From NCBI RefSeq assembly GCF_009914755.1, contig NC_060933.1: a stretch of DNA of 64,000 nt; one strand, given 5' to 3'. Position 1 is the first letter of the stretch; every line of letters begins with the position of its first letter. The translations under genes were made by a program, and so were the position numbers. The notes below the pieces were generated by a model. It was not told the origin of the DNA and searched no databases. It was given only the letters and a program-made list of their open reading frames with translations. Source of the DNA: the human T2T-CHM13v2.0 reference genome, Homo sapiens. This document shows, piece by piece, positions 34,099 to 52,061 of this stretch.

Positions 34099-34967
34099 TG
34101 CAACAGGATAGCTTCCCTTGTCTCCCTCTCAGGGCGTGCGATGGGGGTGTGGCTTGCTTCTTCCGTGCCCAGCTGCTTAAACCTCTAGGGAAGCATACAA
34201 ATGGGCAGGCTGTGGGGCTTTGACCCCACGGCAGTGTCTAGTGGTGAATGTTTACAGATCCTGAAGCCCCAGTGGGTATGTATTACAGAGTGCTCTTTTA
34301 GTTTTGCCTTCTGTAGGTGGCTCGTGTTAACTGGCTCAGTTAGACCCTATATCTTGTCGCAAGGACAGAGGGCTTTCTGTATCCTGGGTTCTTGCCTTGG
34401 TGTACCAGAAGAATTGGATCACACCGGGGCTTGGAAAATGAGTGCAACCTTTTATTGAGGGAGGTAGCTCTCAGCAGATGGAGGAAGCCAGAAGGGAATG
34501 GATTGGGAAGGTTCTCCCCCGGAGTCGGGCAGCTCAGTGGCCTAGACTCTCCTCCGACTGCCCAGGCCAAACTCTGCCTTATTCCACCAGTCGATATCCT
34601 GCGGTGTGCCGGTCTCTGTCGTGTGCCCTTCTGCCGGTGTGCTCCCCTCAATGGCTTCTCGACATCTAGCTGCTCGTGTCTTTTTCTGCTGATCTGCTCC
34701 TCTTGATGTCCAGCAGCTTGTGTGTCTGCCTGCTAGGGTCTCGGGGGGGTTTTACAGGCACAGGATGGGGGCGCGGCAGGCCAGGGTGGCCGTGGGAAAT
34801 GCAACATTTGGGCAGGAAAAATCAAAATGCCTGTCTTCACTTAGGTCCGTGGGGGTGGAGCCCTAGCCAGGGACCATGCCCTCCTCTACCCAGCACTTCC
34901 CTTCCCACATTCAGTATCATTTAAAGGGACCACGCTCTTCCTTTCCCAGCACTTCCCTTTCGTATCA
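34099..34967 (-). mobile_element. ERV1 solo LTR (MER50/LTR27/LTR28 group)
   Basis: Element strand starts TGATACGAAAGGGAAGTGCTGGG with a duplicated GGGAAGTGCTGGG..TGGTCCCT motif; TG..CA ends; flanks GTGT/GTAT. Confidence 0.8.
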
Positions 34968-35234
34968 GTATGATATTGTATCATTCCATGTATGTGACAT
35001 TTTTGAAACAACCAAACTATAATTATAGAGAACGTATCAGTGATTGTCAAGGATTAGGGGGTAGAGAAAAGGTGTGACCACAAAGGGTTAGCATGGGGGA
35101 GATCTTTGAGGTGATGGAACTGGTCTGTATCCAGATTTTGTTGGTGGTTATAAAAATCTATACATATGTTAAAGTTCTCAGAACTGTACACATGAAAAAG
35201 AGTCAATTTTTCTATCTGTTAATATAAGTCATAA

Positions 35235-36140
35235 TTTTCTTTTAAATTTTGGATTCAGGTGGTACATGTGTAGGTTTGTTACAAGAGTACATTGTGTGAT
35301 GCTGAGATTTGGGCTTCTATTGATCCCATCACCCAAATAGTGAATATAGTACCTAATAGGAAGTTTTCCAGCCCTTGCCCCTCTCCCTCCCTCATGCTTT
35401 TTGGAGTCCTTAGTATCTATTGTCCCCATCTTTGTCTGTGTGTACTCATTGTTTAGCACCCACTTACAAGTGAGAACATATATTATTTGGTTTTCTGTTT
35501 CTACATTAATTTGCTTAGGATAATGGACTCCAGCTGCATCCATGTTGCTGCAAAAGACAAGATTTTGTTCTTTTTTATGGCTGCAGGGTATTCCATGGTG
35601 CATATGTATGACATTTTATTTATCCACTCCACCAGTGATGGGCACCTAGGTTGAGTCCATGTCTTTGTTATTGTGAATCGTGCTGTGATGAACATGCAAA
35701 TGCAGGTGTCTTTTTGGTAGAACAATTCATTTTTCTATGGGTATATACCCAGTAATGGGATTGCTGGGCCAAATGGTAGTTCTATTTTTAGTTGAGAACT
35801 CTCTTCTTTTCACAGTGTTTGAACTAATTTACACTCCCACCAACAGTGAATAAGCTTTCCCTCTTCTCCACGGCCTTGCCAACATCTGTCATTTTTGACT
35901 TTTTAACAATAGCCATTCTGACTGGTGTGAGATGGTATCTCACTGTGGTTTAGATTTATATTTCACTAATGATTAGTGGTGTTGAGCATTTTTTCATGTT
36001 TGTTGGCCACCTGTATATCTTCTTTTGAGAAGTGTCTGTATGTCCATTGCCCACTTTTTAATGAGCTTATTTGATTTTTCTTGTTGATGTGTTTAATTAA
36101 GTTCTTTATAGATTCTGGATATTAGTCCTTTGTAAGACAT
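35235..36140 (-). mobile_element. L1PB/L1MA 3' end
   Basis: ORF2 C-terminal peptide KDTCICMFITA..KTWTQPRCPS plus 3'UTR. Confidence 0.9.
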
Positions 36141-36249
36141 ACTTTAAAAAAAAGCCTTTCCAATAGACTAAAAGATTAAGTGAAAACAAAGCAAGCAGAT
36201 AGAATCTGAAAAAGCAAACAGAGAAGACTTCCAGAAGGGAAAAAATAGG

Positions 36250-36480
36250 AATATTCTGGGCACTTGGGCTTTGACATAATCCTGTATTTAAATCCTAGCG
36301 CTGCCATTAAACCATATAACATTGGGCGAGAATCTTCATCTCACTGAAATATAGTTTCTGAATCTGTAAAATGGGTAAATTAATGCCTTTGTCATAGGGT
36401 TATTTTGAGGATGAAATGAAATAATGTATATAAATACTTAATGATAGCACATAGCAAGAAGTTCATGTATTTGTTATTAT
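36250..36480 (+). mobile_element. MIR SINE
   Basis: CTGTAAAATGGG...GAGGATGAAATGA core. Confidence 0.75.
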
Positions 36481-36934
36481 AACTTATTAATAATAGCTAA
36501 TTCCTGCCTTGCCTCAATGTAAGAAAATTATCTAATTGTCTAACTACTTAGAGGCTACCTTCTGCATACTTTGATACCTTTGTGGTCCAGACCAATTGAC
36601 ACTTTCCCTTTTTTGCTGTTCAATCAGAGTTCTAATTTCTAGTCTAGAAGATATCTTTTTCCCAGGTGATTTTTCCCTAAGGGATTGACACTATTCTTTG
36701 TGCAAGATTTAATTTTCCACCTCTTATATAGAAACATGAAAATGCCCTTTTATGGACTTATAGGCACAATCATATCCTGATACAATAAGAGTCACTATAT
36801 CATATATAATGATACATATAGGACTTCTGTGTGGGGAATCATTCTTTGACAATATGAAGAAGTACCACAGATTTTTTTTAAGTGGTGACATTATCATTAT
36901 TAGATGATGAAGATGGTGGTTAAAGAAGTTTCAT

Positions 36935-37170
36935 TTACTGGGAGCTAAATAATGTGTACACATTGACACAGAATGTGAAATGATAGACAACAGAGACTTG
37001 GAAGGATGGGGGAGTGGGAGAGAGTGGAAGATGAGAAATTACTTAATGGATACAATGTACATTATTTGGGTAATAGTTACACTAAAAGCTCTGACTTCAC
37101 CACTATGCAATATATCCAAGTAACACAATTACACTTGTACCTTATAATTTTATACAAATTAAAAAAAATA
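36935..37170 (+). mobile_element. L1MA/L1PB 3'UTR tip
   Basis: GATGAGAAATTACTTAATGG..GACTTCACCACTATGCAATATATCCA plus A tail. Confidence 0.8.
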
Positions 37171-37407
37171 AATTTCAACTAGTTACAGAATTCAGAGGAA
37201 CTGGTCTTACAGAGACAAGGCAGGGAGACTAATTTTGAGTTTATCAACACAAGATGGTGTGAGGTAATGAAGATCTGACTAAGGTGATGGCATTTATAAT
37301 GGTCAGAAAGAAGATGAGAAACATTTAGAATGGAAAAAATCATAGGAATTTATTAATTTGTTCTAATAGCTGAGAGAGAAAAATGAAACAGGGAAAACTA
37401 AGATTTC

Positions 37408-39115
<1,708 letters not shown>

Positions 39116-39149
39116 AGAATGGTCTAGTTGAGAGAGTAGAATGGGTATC

Positions 39150-41240
39150 CAGTTTTTATTGTTTGTTTCTTCCTTTTAATCTGCCCATCAACTCCTTTAC
39201 TCTCTTCTACTCACAGCAACACTCTCTGGAGACCTTCCCCTGCTCCACTCCATGTGGTTCTCATTCAGCTGCCAATTATAGTACCCCACTTCCTAATCAC
39301 AAGGTGGGCATGAGACCCAGACCTAGCCAATTGTAGAGTCTCATCCTTCTGGCCACAGTGGTCGTTCCAGTAATGGCCACATGACCCAGGTCATTCCAAT
39401 CACCAACCTTCCCTTAGATTTTTTTTCCGTCATAGAATCTTTATTGTACACATTTGCATCATAGCAAGGTAATCCATCCCATGCATCATCCTGATTTGAA
39501 CTTCCACCCATTATGTTTCTGTTAATACTCTGTGATTGTCAGTGTTTAAAAAAATATTGAAAACTCTTTCTGCATCCTAATCTAACCTGAAAAGCAAAAC
39601 GATATTTATAAATCTGCAACCCCTTACCAAATGAAACTAATTTCTGGATTAAATATGTCTGACTTTGTTGTGAGGTCACATGATTAGACAATGCCAGGTT
39701 ACAATCTGAAAAGGCTGCTCAAGTAGTCAAGAAATTCCCTATGTGGACAGGATTTTCAGATCCTTTCCATTGTAGTATCTTAAATGCTAAGAAGGCTGAG
39801 CCTCTGATCCTCCTATCTGATCTGGCTGCCCACTACAAAACCTCAAACCTTACTGTCCTCGGGGTGTTTCACTTTGACCTTCACTGACTTCATCTAGAAA
39901 TTCTCCTTCCCAAACGGGTTTTGAGACTTCCTGCCATTAGACTTGCAGCCATTAGAATTCTAATAGACCCTGATTAAACATAAACAAATCCTTGCTCCCT
40001 CACCTACTTGTGCCACTCTCTCAGTGTGTGCTTCCTTTAAACCATATCTCAGGGGATATGCATTTCCCATACCCTAGCAATGAGCCATCTAAATACATTT
40101 TCTATTATTCAAGCATAAACCATGCAGAAAGAACACAGATACATCTCCAGGCTACGAGGCCCCTGGGGAATTTGGAGTAGGTTCAGCTTGCCAATCAAGA
40201 ATCACGTTCCAGGTGGTGACCCAGTATTAGCATCATCTCAGGTGGATGTCTTTTAAAGACTCCCTGCCAAAAACACACTAGGGAAAATTAAAGAGCAATT
40301 GTTTTGGAATATTTAGTATGTTCTAAATGAATACCTTTTTGATATATCTTGAGCTATCAAGTCAATGTCTAACTTCTTTATCAGGGAAGCCATTAATTTG
40401 CTGAATTCTAAAAAGGAAAAAAAAAAGCAGCAGCCCACAGACATCCTGGATGCAGCACATTCTAAATCTGTTGAAAGGCCAAGGTTAGGTCAGAGAAAAG
40501 CAAAGGGGTGAGGCATGACTGTGAAAACAGGAGTGTAAGAGGGGACCAGGATCTGTTTCCTTTAAAATTCAGTACCTTGGCAGTGTGAAGCATAAATGGT
40601 TCTGCTATTCTTCTGGGTGTATGGAGCAGGGCTAACAACCTCATCAGACTGTTAATATTCTAAACGCCTTCCTTGACGAAAATGTTTTATGATGGGAGAG
40701 ATGGCCAGAATGCCATCCCCAACTGGAATAGGCATGTTTTACACTCTTCCTATGTCCATAAAGCTGGCTTCTTGCAGTAGACCGTTTTACATATTAAAAC
40801 AAGGCATACATTTTAGCCTTGAGAAAGAACACTAAATATAGGCCTCAGCAATAATATGCAGCATTAGTATGCGCTCTCTTGATAAAATTCTCCTAAGCTT
40901 AAAAAATACATTTTTCACATAGCTGCTGGAAGAAATTTCTAAGATTTTTCATATAGATGCTAAGAAAGAGATGTTTTCTCTTTTCACTGGGGCTGCTAAA
41001 CTGGTATGACATGACTCTGAAACTGTCTCCAGCTATGTTCTTAGTCTCCCAGCTTGTCAAAACCCAAGCTTGGTGGAAGTAAAAGGGGCCAGAGAGAGAC
41101 CCAAGGTTGCAAAGAAATGACATTTTTAACTATTTGGACTCAGCTTCACCCCTGGACTTCCCAACTTCCTATTATGTGAATAATAAATTCCTTTATCCTC
41201 TCAAATTTGTTTGAATTGGGTTTCTGTCATGAAAGAGAGT
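39150..41240 (+). mobile_element. Ancient ERVL LTR (LTR16/LTR33-like) in two halves (~39150-39418 and ~40939-41240)
   Basis: GGGCATGAGACCCAG..GCCAAT..CACATGACCCA in the left half; CCCCTGGACTT..AATAAATTCC..TTGGGTTTCTGTCA in the right half. Confidence 0.6.
39419..40938 (-). pseudogene. Processed retrocopy consisting only of an mRNA 3'UTR (parent unidentified)
   Basis: On the minus strand AATAAA (39440-39445) is followed 13 nt later by A8 (39419-39426). Imperfect TSD CT(T/A)AGATTTT at 39413 and 40939. The body is not recognisable as a repeat and interrupts an LTR. Confidence 0.7.
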
Positions 41241-41489
41241 TCAGCAATCTGAAGAGAGAATTGAGTTGATGAGTAAGTTTGAGGTGATGTGAGGAAGGAG
41301 TGAGTCAATGGCAGAATAAAAAAGTCTGTTTTTCCAAACTAACACATTGTCACATATAATATATAAAGTTCTTATATACCACCCCTGCTATGTCATTGGG
41401 GATATAGGCTTAAGGGCAGTGTTATATAAAGAACACCGAGTAATGTTTGTGAAATTAGAATTTCAGCATTAAACGATTTTGTAATCTTG

Positions 41490-41710
41490 GGCAATATAAA
41501 TGGTAACTACTAATAGTTGACATTTATTAAATATTTACTTTATCCCAGGCATTAGACTGTTTTTATCTACATTATTTTATTAAATCCTCATTTCATAGAT
41601 GAGAAGACTAAGACTCAGATGTATTAAGAAACCACCCCCAAGGACACATATCAACTAATTGCAGTTTTGGGGTATGAATGTAGATCTCTCTGACTCCAGA
41701 ATCCATGCTT
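41490..41710 (-). mobile_element. MIR SINE
   Basis: CATTTCATAGATGAGAAGACTAAGACTCAGA..TCTGACTCCAGA. Confidence 0.8.
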
Positions 41711-41714
41711 GAAA

Positions 41715-44270
<2,556 letters not shown>

Positions 44271-45089
44271 GTATTCCCTGGTTGATCTTAAGCCATGCTA
44301 GAAGAGTATCAGATAGCCTCTGCCAACGGGATTGCTCCTCTCACTAAGTCAACAGCCTCCCACCTATTCTCTCTGCTAGTGGCAGTGTGAGTAAAGTAGG
44401 GATGCAGTAAACATTGAAAGAGCTCACTCAAGGAATGCAGTGATTATGGCCTAAAAAAAGATTCAAGAAAAGCCGTGGTTGGAAGGCATGTTGTTCTAGA
44501 TTTATATTTATATTATAAAATCCCAAAGGGTATATTTAACAATCCAGAAAACAAGTGATCATTTCACATTTGACCGTATCCTCTGGATAAGACTTGAATT
44601 TGTGGTCATCATTAATGAAATTCAGTAATAACCACTGAGAGAGTCTTTAGAAGTCAGTATTCACAGGTGGCAAGATGATTTAATTAGCGCTAAATAAGTG
44701 ATAGGAAGCCATAAAGGCAGAAGATCTATATTGTCTTGATACAAACAGGTTCTGAAGAGTAACAATAGCATCATTACTTTTTGTTATGTGGGAGATGTGA
44801 AATTAACCAGAAGCGGTGCATCTGATAATAAAGACAGAAAGAGATGGTAATTAGACTTGAACAAGAACAGTGCCTAGACACCACCAAGAAGCTTTACGTG
44901 CACTGACATAACAGTAAACAAATATGTAAGTACCACTTCCTTAGCCATTATTTCAAATCTTCATTAATAAAACATTACACTTCATATGAGTCCATGGATT
45001 TTGCAGTAGATATTTTAATCAAATTGTTTACACACTTAAGATCCTTGCAAAAACATATTTATCTGGGATCCTGCCACACTTTAAAGGTG

Positions 45090-46096
<1,007 letters not shown>

Positions 46097-46599
46097 AATA
46101 CTATACCTCCCTTATAGTCCTTATTGGTAAGTTTCATGACAGTAAGGACAAAATGAGTTCTTGTTTGTATCCCCCACAAGATGAGATGAATTCTTTTTTA
46201 CGGTATAGAAATTGAATTCATCTGGAAACACAAGGTATGCCAAATGTACATAAACTATAAATATATAAATAAAATAATTTAAATAAGGTCTTCAGCATTT
46301 CATTTGTACTTCTTCAGTTATTTCTTTATAATTAGCTATCAGTGGCTTAATTATTTTTGATATTCTTTGTGTTGCCCTCACTTTCTTCGAAGCACGTGGT
46401 CTGGTGTAATGCACATTAAAGCCTTCAGAACGGCTGGCTGTTTGAGTAGTCTGAGGGATGAGGTTGCTGCAGCAAAAAGTGGGTTACACGACAGCCCAGC
46501 TTTCCTGCTGGAGATGGGAGACCAATACTCTCAGGAAACAGTGCACAGTCAGAGTTGGGTCATTTGGACATTCCGGAGGCCTGTGGAGTACTGCAGAGA

Positions 46600-47300
46600 G
46601 TGTCCGAATGCCAGCGTCGTGAGCCTGGAGGCCTAGGGTGGGCAGCTTGGCGAGAGAGCACGAGGGCGAAAGTCGCTGGAAGAGTCATTCTCACCCTTAC
46701 GGGCAGGAGCGGAACAAAGTGTTAGCGGCCTCAGCCCTGCGCCCCCTCCGGGCGGACACTGTTCTTGCTGCAGTTGGCCGGCTGTTTCAGTCCCCGCGCC
46801 GCAGTCCAGGGCGCTCGTAGAGGGCGCCAACTGGCACCTGGGCCCACTACTCATCCGAGCCCATGGAACCCCACTTCCGCGTCCCCCCACCGTAAGCACG
46901 CCGGTGCCCCTAGCTGATTCGGGAGGCCAGTACCTCGGGGCGCGGGGGCGCGGGGGCGCGGGGCGGAACGCAGCGCGCGCCCACCTGCCGGCCAAGAAAG
47001 CCTCGCGTGGGCGCACGCGCCGCCGCCGCCCACGCGCCGCCGCCGCCGCCCACGCCTCAACTCGGCAGCTCAGCCAGCGCTGCATGCTGTCCGCCCTCAG
47101 CCCAGCAAGCCGGCCCTCGAGCTCCGCTGGGCAGCGCAGGGCCGGCAGTATAGAGTCCGCCGGCCCCGGACGGCCCCGGTAAGTGGGGACGGGGGCGGCG
47201 GGACCGGGCCGTCACCTGAGGGGCGGGTTTGTGGCCGTGGACAGTCCTCCGGGGACTCTGAGGTGCTTGCGTGGGAGCTGCCTCCAAGGTGGCCCCCGTG
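46600..47300 (+). promoter_or_regulatory. CpG-island promoter
   Basis: Sharp rise in GC and CpG content in non-repeat DNA. GC boxes at 46937-46966, NRF1-like GCGCACGCGC at 47011, CTCF-like CTCGTAGAGGGCGC at 46814. Confidence 0.9.
47000..47178 (+). other. Putative first exon (probably 5'UTR) of an unidentified gene; start approximate
   Basis: Consensus donor CCG|GTAAGT at 47178/47179 just downstream of the GC boxes; the only nearby ATG (47084) has weak context. Confidence 0.7.
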
Positions 47301-48049
47301 TCACTGGATGAACCCCGAGTGACAGCTGCCTCTATTGGGGGGAGTCCCTGAGGTGCTGCGGGGAACCGCCGCCATGAAGACCCGCTGTGGGAATGGACTC
47401 CCGGGGTGCTCTCTGGATTTGCTGCCATGGGGAGTCCCCCTGTGGAGGGCACTGGCCCTTAGGGAGCCCTTCTGTGTCACTGTGGGAGCAGGCACAAAGG
47501 TGCTCTCGAGCTGGCTCAATGGAAGACCGCCTGGGAACATAGGGGAGCTGCAGGAGCCTCGTGATGGTGGAGCCCCCAGAGGGCCCCCTAGAAAAGGAGG
47601 ACCTGAGACTGTGCCCTAGAACTGTGGGAAGCAACCTCTGACTGGGGAGGGGGATCCTCCCATGGGATCCATGAGTGACTTCCCACGGCTCCAAGGACTT
47701 TGGCCTTTATCTCCCTATAGGCCTACATGTGTCCTCACTTCTGACCACCGTGGCCCAGAGGTGGAGGCCTTGTAGGATCTCTTTCCATTCCCCTCTTTCC
47801 CTATTCGGATTTTTCTTCTCCATGGTAGCCCAGTTGCTCCGGGCTGCATTTTAGTGGAGGTAGAAACTGCTGCGAGAGCACAGGGCCCCAAGCGGGGGAC
47901 GAGGACAAGTGAGGCCTCTAAAGGAAAGATAGGAGATTTGAGCCCCTGGGTTTGACCGTCCAGAAGGAAGCAGTAAGATCAAGTGGAATAACTGACTTTG
48001 GCAGGTCCTGGAACAAAAGACCTTTGAACGAAGAATAAAGGATGTATAG

Positions 48050-48200
48050 GGTTGTTGAGCACCAGTGTGCTAGGCACTATACTAGGTATGTTTAAACATC
48101 TCATGTAACTCTTAACAACAGCTTTGTGAAATTATCCCCTTCTAAAATGAGATTTAGAAAGATTAAGCAATTTGACCAAGGTTACAAAGATTAAACTCAT
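48050..48200 (-). mobile_element. MIR SINE
   Basis: GTGCTAGGCACT...GATTAAGCAATTTGACCAAGGTTAC. Confidence 0.7.
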
Positions 48201-48285
48201 GAAATCTGTTTTTCACAGATTTTATTTGGAAAGAAATGTCAAGGAGAGGAAGAAGCAAGAATGTACTCTTGCTTAAGTTTAAGAG

Positions 48286-48647
48286 CTACTGTGGTTTGAA
48301 TGTGTCTCCCAAAGTTCATGTGTTGGAAACTTAATTCTCAATGCAACCGTGTTGAGAGGTGGGGCCTAATAGGTGATTAGGTCTTGAGAGCTCTGCCCTC
48401 ATAAATTAATTGACATTATCTCTGGAATGGGTAAGTCATGGCAGGGGGTTTGTTATAAGAGCGAGTTTGGCTGTCTTGTTCTCCTGCTTTCTCACGTGCT
48501 CTCTTGCCCTTCCACCTTCTGCCATGAAATGATGCCACATGAAGGCCTTCACTGAAAGTGGACCCTCAATCTTGGGCTTCCCAGCCTCCAGAGATGTAAG
48601 ATATAAATTTCTTGTTCTGTTATAGCAGCACAAAATAGACTAAGACA
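48286..48647 (+). mobile_element. MaLR LTR (MST-like)
   Basis: GGTTTGAATGTGTCTCCCAAAGTTCATGTGTTGGAAACTTAAT...GACTAAGACA. Confidence 0.88.
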
Positions 48648-48710
48648 AGGCTAAAATGACAAGGCTAAATAGCCTAAGACAAGGCTAAATAGACTAAGAC
48701 AAGGCTAAAA
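48633..48710. repeat. 20-bp junction repeat (AAATAGACTAAGACAAGGCT), ~4 copies
   Basis: Read directly; one copy is internally shortened. Confidence 0.9.
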
Positions 48711-49480
48711 TCTCTTAGAAGGAAACAGGAGAAAATATTTATCGCCTTGGATTTGGCAATAATTTCTTAGATTTTGATACCAAAAGCATGAGTAACAAAA
48801 GAAAAAACAGATAAAATATCAATATCTTAAAAATTCTATGCATAAAAGAATACCATAAAGAAAGTGAAAAGACAGCCCATGGAATAGGAGAAAATAGTTG
48901 CAAATCATATATCTGATAAAGGATTAATATCCAGTATATATAAAGAACCCTACAACTCAACAAGAAAGAAACAACTTTATTTAGAAATGGGAAAATGATG
49001 TGAATAGACATTTCTCCAAAGAAGATATGCAAACGACCAATACGCACATTAAAAACATGCTCTACATCATTAGTCGTTAGGAAAATACAAATCAAAACTA
49101 CAGTGAAGCTGGATGCAGTGACATGTGCTTGTAATCCCAGCTACTTGGCGGTGGCTGAGGCAGGAGGATTACTTGAGCCTAGGACTTTGAGATCAGCCTG
49201 GGCAACACAGGAGACCCAGCCCCAATTAAAACAGACAAAACAAACACATACGTACACAATGAGATATTACCTCATACCCAGTAGGATGGCTATTTAAAAA
49301 AAAGGAAAATAATGTGTGGTGAGAATGTGGAGAAATTGGAACCCTGGTGCATTGCTGGTGGAAATGTAAAATGGTGCAGCTGCTGTGGAAAACATTTCGT
49401 GGTTCTTCAAAAAGTTAAAAAGAATCTCTATATGACCTGGCAATTCTGCTATATACTGATGTGTATATTTAAGAGAAATG
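48710..49480 (+). mobile_element. L1M ORF2 3' fragment containing a FLAM (49107-49230)
   Basis: GCAAATCATATATCTGATAA and AGACATTTCTCCAAAGAAGATAT motifs; single Alu arm inside. Confidence 0.85.
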
Positions 49481-50357
49481 AAATGTGGTATGGAAACCAT
49501 CTCAATTCCAAAATTTAGTAGCTCTTCCCTGATGTCAAAGAAATCATCTATATTTATTGTATTGGTTACAAACCATCATCCCTGCTAAACCCAACTCACC
49601 ATTCAGGTTCTGTCTCTGAGGAAGCAGACTGGATATGATGAGCTTGTGACTCCATAGTTTCTAGAAACAAGTTCTGAAGATTTGGTCTCCTCAGCCCTCT
49701 CTGGCCCACTTTGACCTAAAGAAAGGGTGCTGACGCTGTGATCTCAAATAAACCCTTTGCTTTCCCCAGTCATCTTTACAGCATTTATTCAGTGACTCGT
49801 GAACACTTGCACTTCATAAAGCAGTGGGAACTATCCCGATTGTTCCTTCCTCCTGAGATCAAAGAAAATTGAGACTTCCTTTTTCTGTGAAACCCACTGA
49901 TTTTTAGTGTTTCCTTGCTTCCATTTTCAGAAGTTTCTTTTGCTTTAGTCCTCTTGCCCCATCCCCAACCTGACATTTTCCTCAAGATCACTGTTACATT
50001 TTTAAAGCCTTTTATAAAAATCTGCCACTCACATATAAGAAGCCAGTGAAAGCACATAAAGATACTTTACAGTTAACATGCAGGATGAGGTGGTTCCTTC
50101 CTGCCTAGGGCTTCAGATTCTCCACAGCTTTGTAGATTTCTTTATAGGATGAGCTGAGGGTGATGATTTCCCAGATGCCTTTTTCTTCCCCATTTCTTCC
50201 TTAGCTCATGCTATGGAGCAGTCATATCTTCCTCCTACCTCTGCTTGCCTTTATAAATAGTCTCACTGCACATTAAGCAGGTGCTGTTCAAATTCCATGC
50301 TACCCACATATGCATTGCTACCTGACAAACACTTCTGTTTCAATCATGGCTACAGCG

Positions 50358-50911
50358 TTATATTGGTTTTCTATTATTATGTAACAAATGACCTGAAATG
50401 TGGTATCTTAAAACAACATACAATTTGTTATCTCACAGTTTCTGCGGGTCAGGAGTCCAGCTTGATCCTTGCTTGTGGTCTCATAGGCTGCAGTTAAGGT
50501 GTTATCTGGGCAGCATTCTCATTTGGAGGCTTGACTGGGGAAGAATCTTCTTCCAAGCTCACTCAGATTGTTGGCAGAATTCATTTCTTTGCAGTTTTAG
50601 GATTGAAGACCTTGGCTTCTTGCTGGATGTCAACTGGAGGTTACTCTCAGTATCTAAAGTCCACCTGCAGTTCTTTGCCATGTGGGCCTTCCCAACATGG
50701 CCACTTCATTAAGCCAGAGCAAGTGTGCTAGAAGATGAAGTTATATAATGCAATGTCTTCATGGGAGTGACTTCTGCTCACCTTTGCCATGTTCTGTTAA
50801 TTAGAATCAAGTCACATATCCACCCACAGACTCAAGAAGATGGGATTACACAAAGCATGAACACCAGGAGGTGGGATCATGAGGGGCCATGTTAGAGACC
50901 GTCCCCACCAA
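50358..50911 (-). mobile_element. MLT1-family LTR
   Basis: TTAAAACAAC..TATCTCACAGTTTCTG.GGGTCAGGA motif. Confidence 0.8.
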
Positions 50912-51480
50912 CAATAGCAAGAAGAGGTTTAGGTTCACCATTTACTCTCATTTCATTCAGCCAGATAGGTCTATTCTATTTTCTTGTCCCATTGTTGTTT
51001 AGCACCACCTTTGATTTTGCCCAGAAGTTTTTTCCAAACCCTTCTCAAGTTACCACAGATTCTTTGACATTCATACTGTTCCTGTGATTATGTTTTCTAT
51101 CTCTCTTTTCTTCCTTAATAAGGAAACAGGAAACCTCAATTCCACCTACCAGCTAAAGAAGTAATCATTAAGCATAATTTGTGGGGGTCTTTGTTAATTG
51201 ATTTCCTTTTTAACCCAAGTGTCTTTCCTAGGACTTCTACTAGCACAAGGAAAGCCAATTTTCTGTTTTGTTTTGTCTTGTTTTTTCTTACTAGCCATTT
51301 ATTTTTACCTATCACTAATCACCGTTGAGAGAGGCAACCTGTCCTGGGCCATACTAGGGATGCCAAGAATGCAAGGTTCTGACTGTTTCTTGTCCATTTC
51401 TCAGCGTTATATTTACAACAAGCAACTTTTAGGGTTAAGGTAATGTCTACTCATGAACAAAGATCAGGCTTGTTTCTTCT

Positions 51481-52061
<581 letters not shown>

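Larger units (their letters stand above)
30450..35225 (+). mobile_element. Old L1M (5' region, ORF1, deleted ORF2, 3' end) interrupted by Alus and an LTR
   Basis: ORF1 remnants (CAACCCAGAATTCTATA), ORF2 C-terminal motifs and L1MC-type 3' end motifs. Confidence 0.75.

Noticed and set aside
33987-34924. Cluster of overlapping ORFs
   Set aside because: All lie in or overlap a GC-rich solo LTR; no gag/pol/env similarity.
46633-47694. 120-150 aa ORFs on both strands
   Set aside because: Expected from stop-codon scarcity in a CpG island; low-complexity Arg/Ala/Pro content, no domain.
48633-48710. CRISPR-like direct repeats (also 9101-9145 and 13826-13862)
   Set aside because: Head-to-tail tandem copies without unique spacers, human context, no cas genes.
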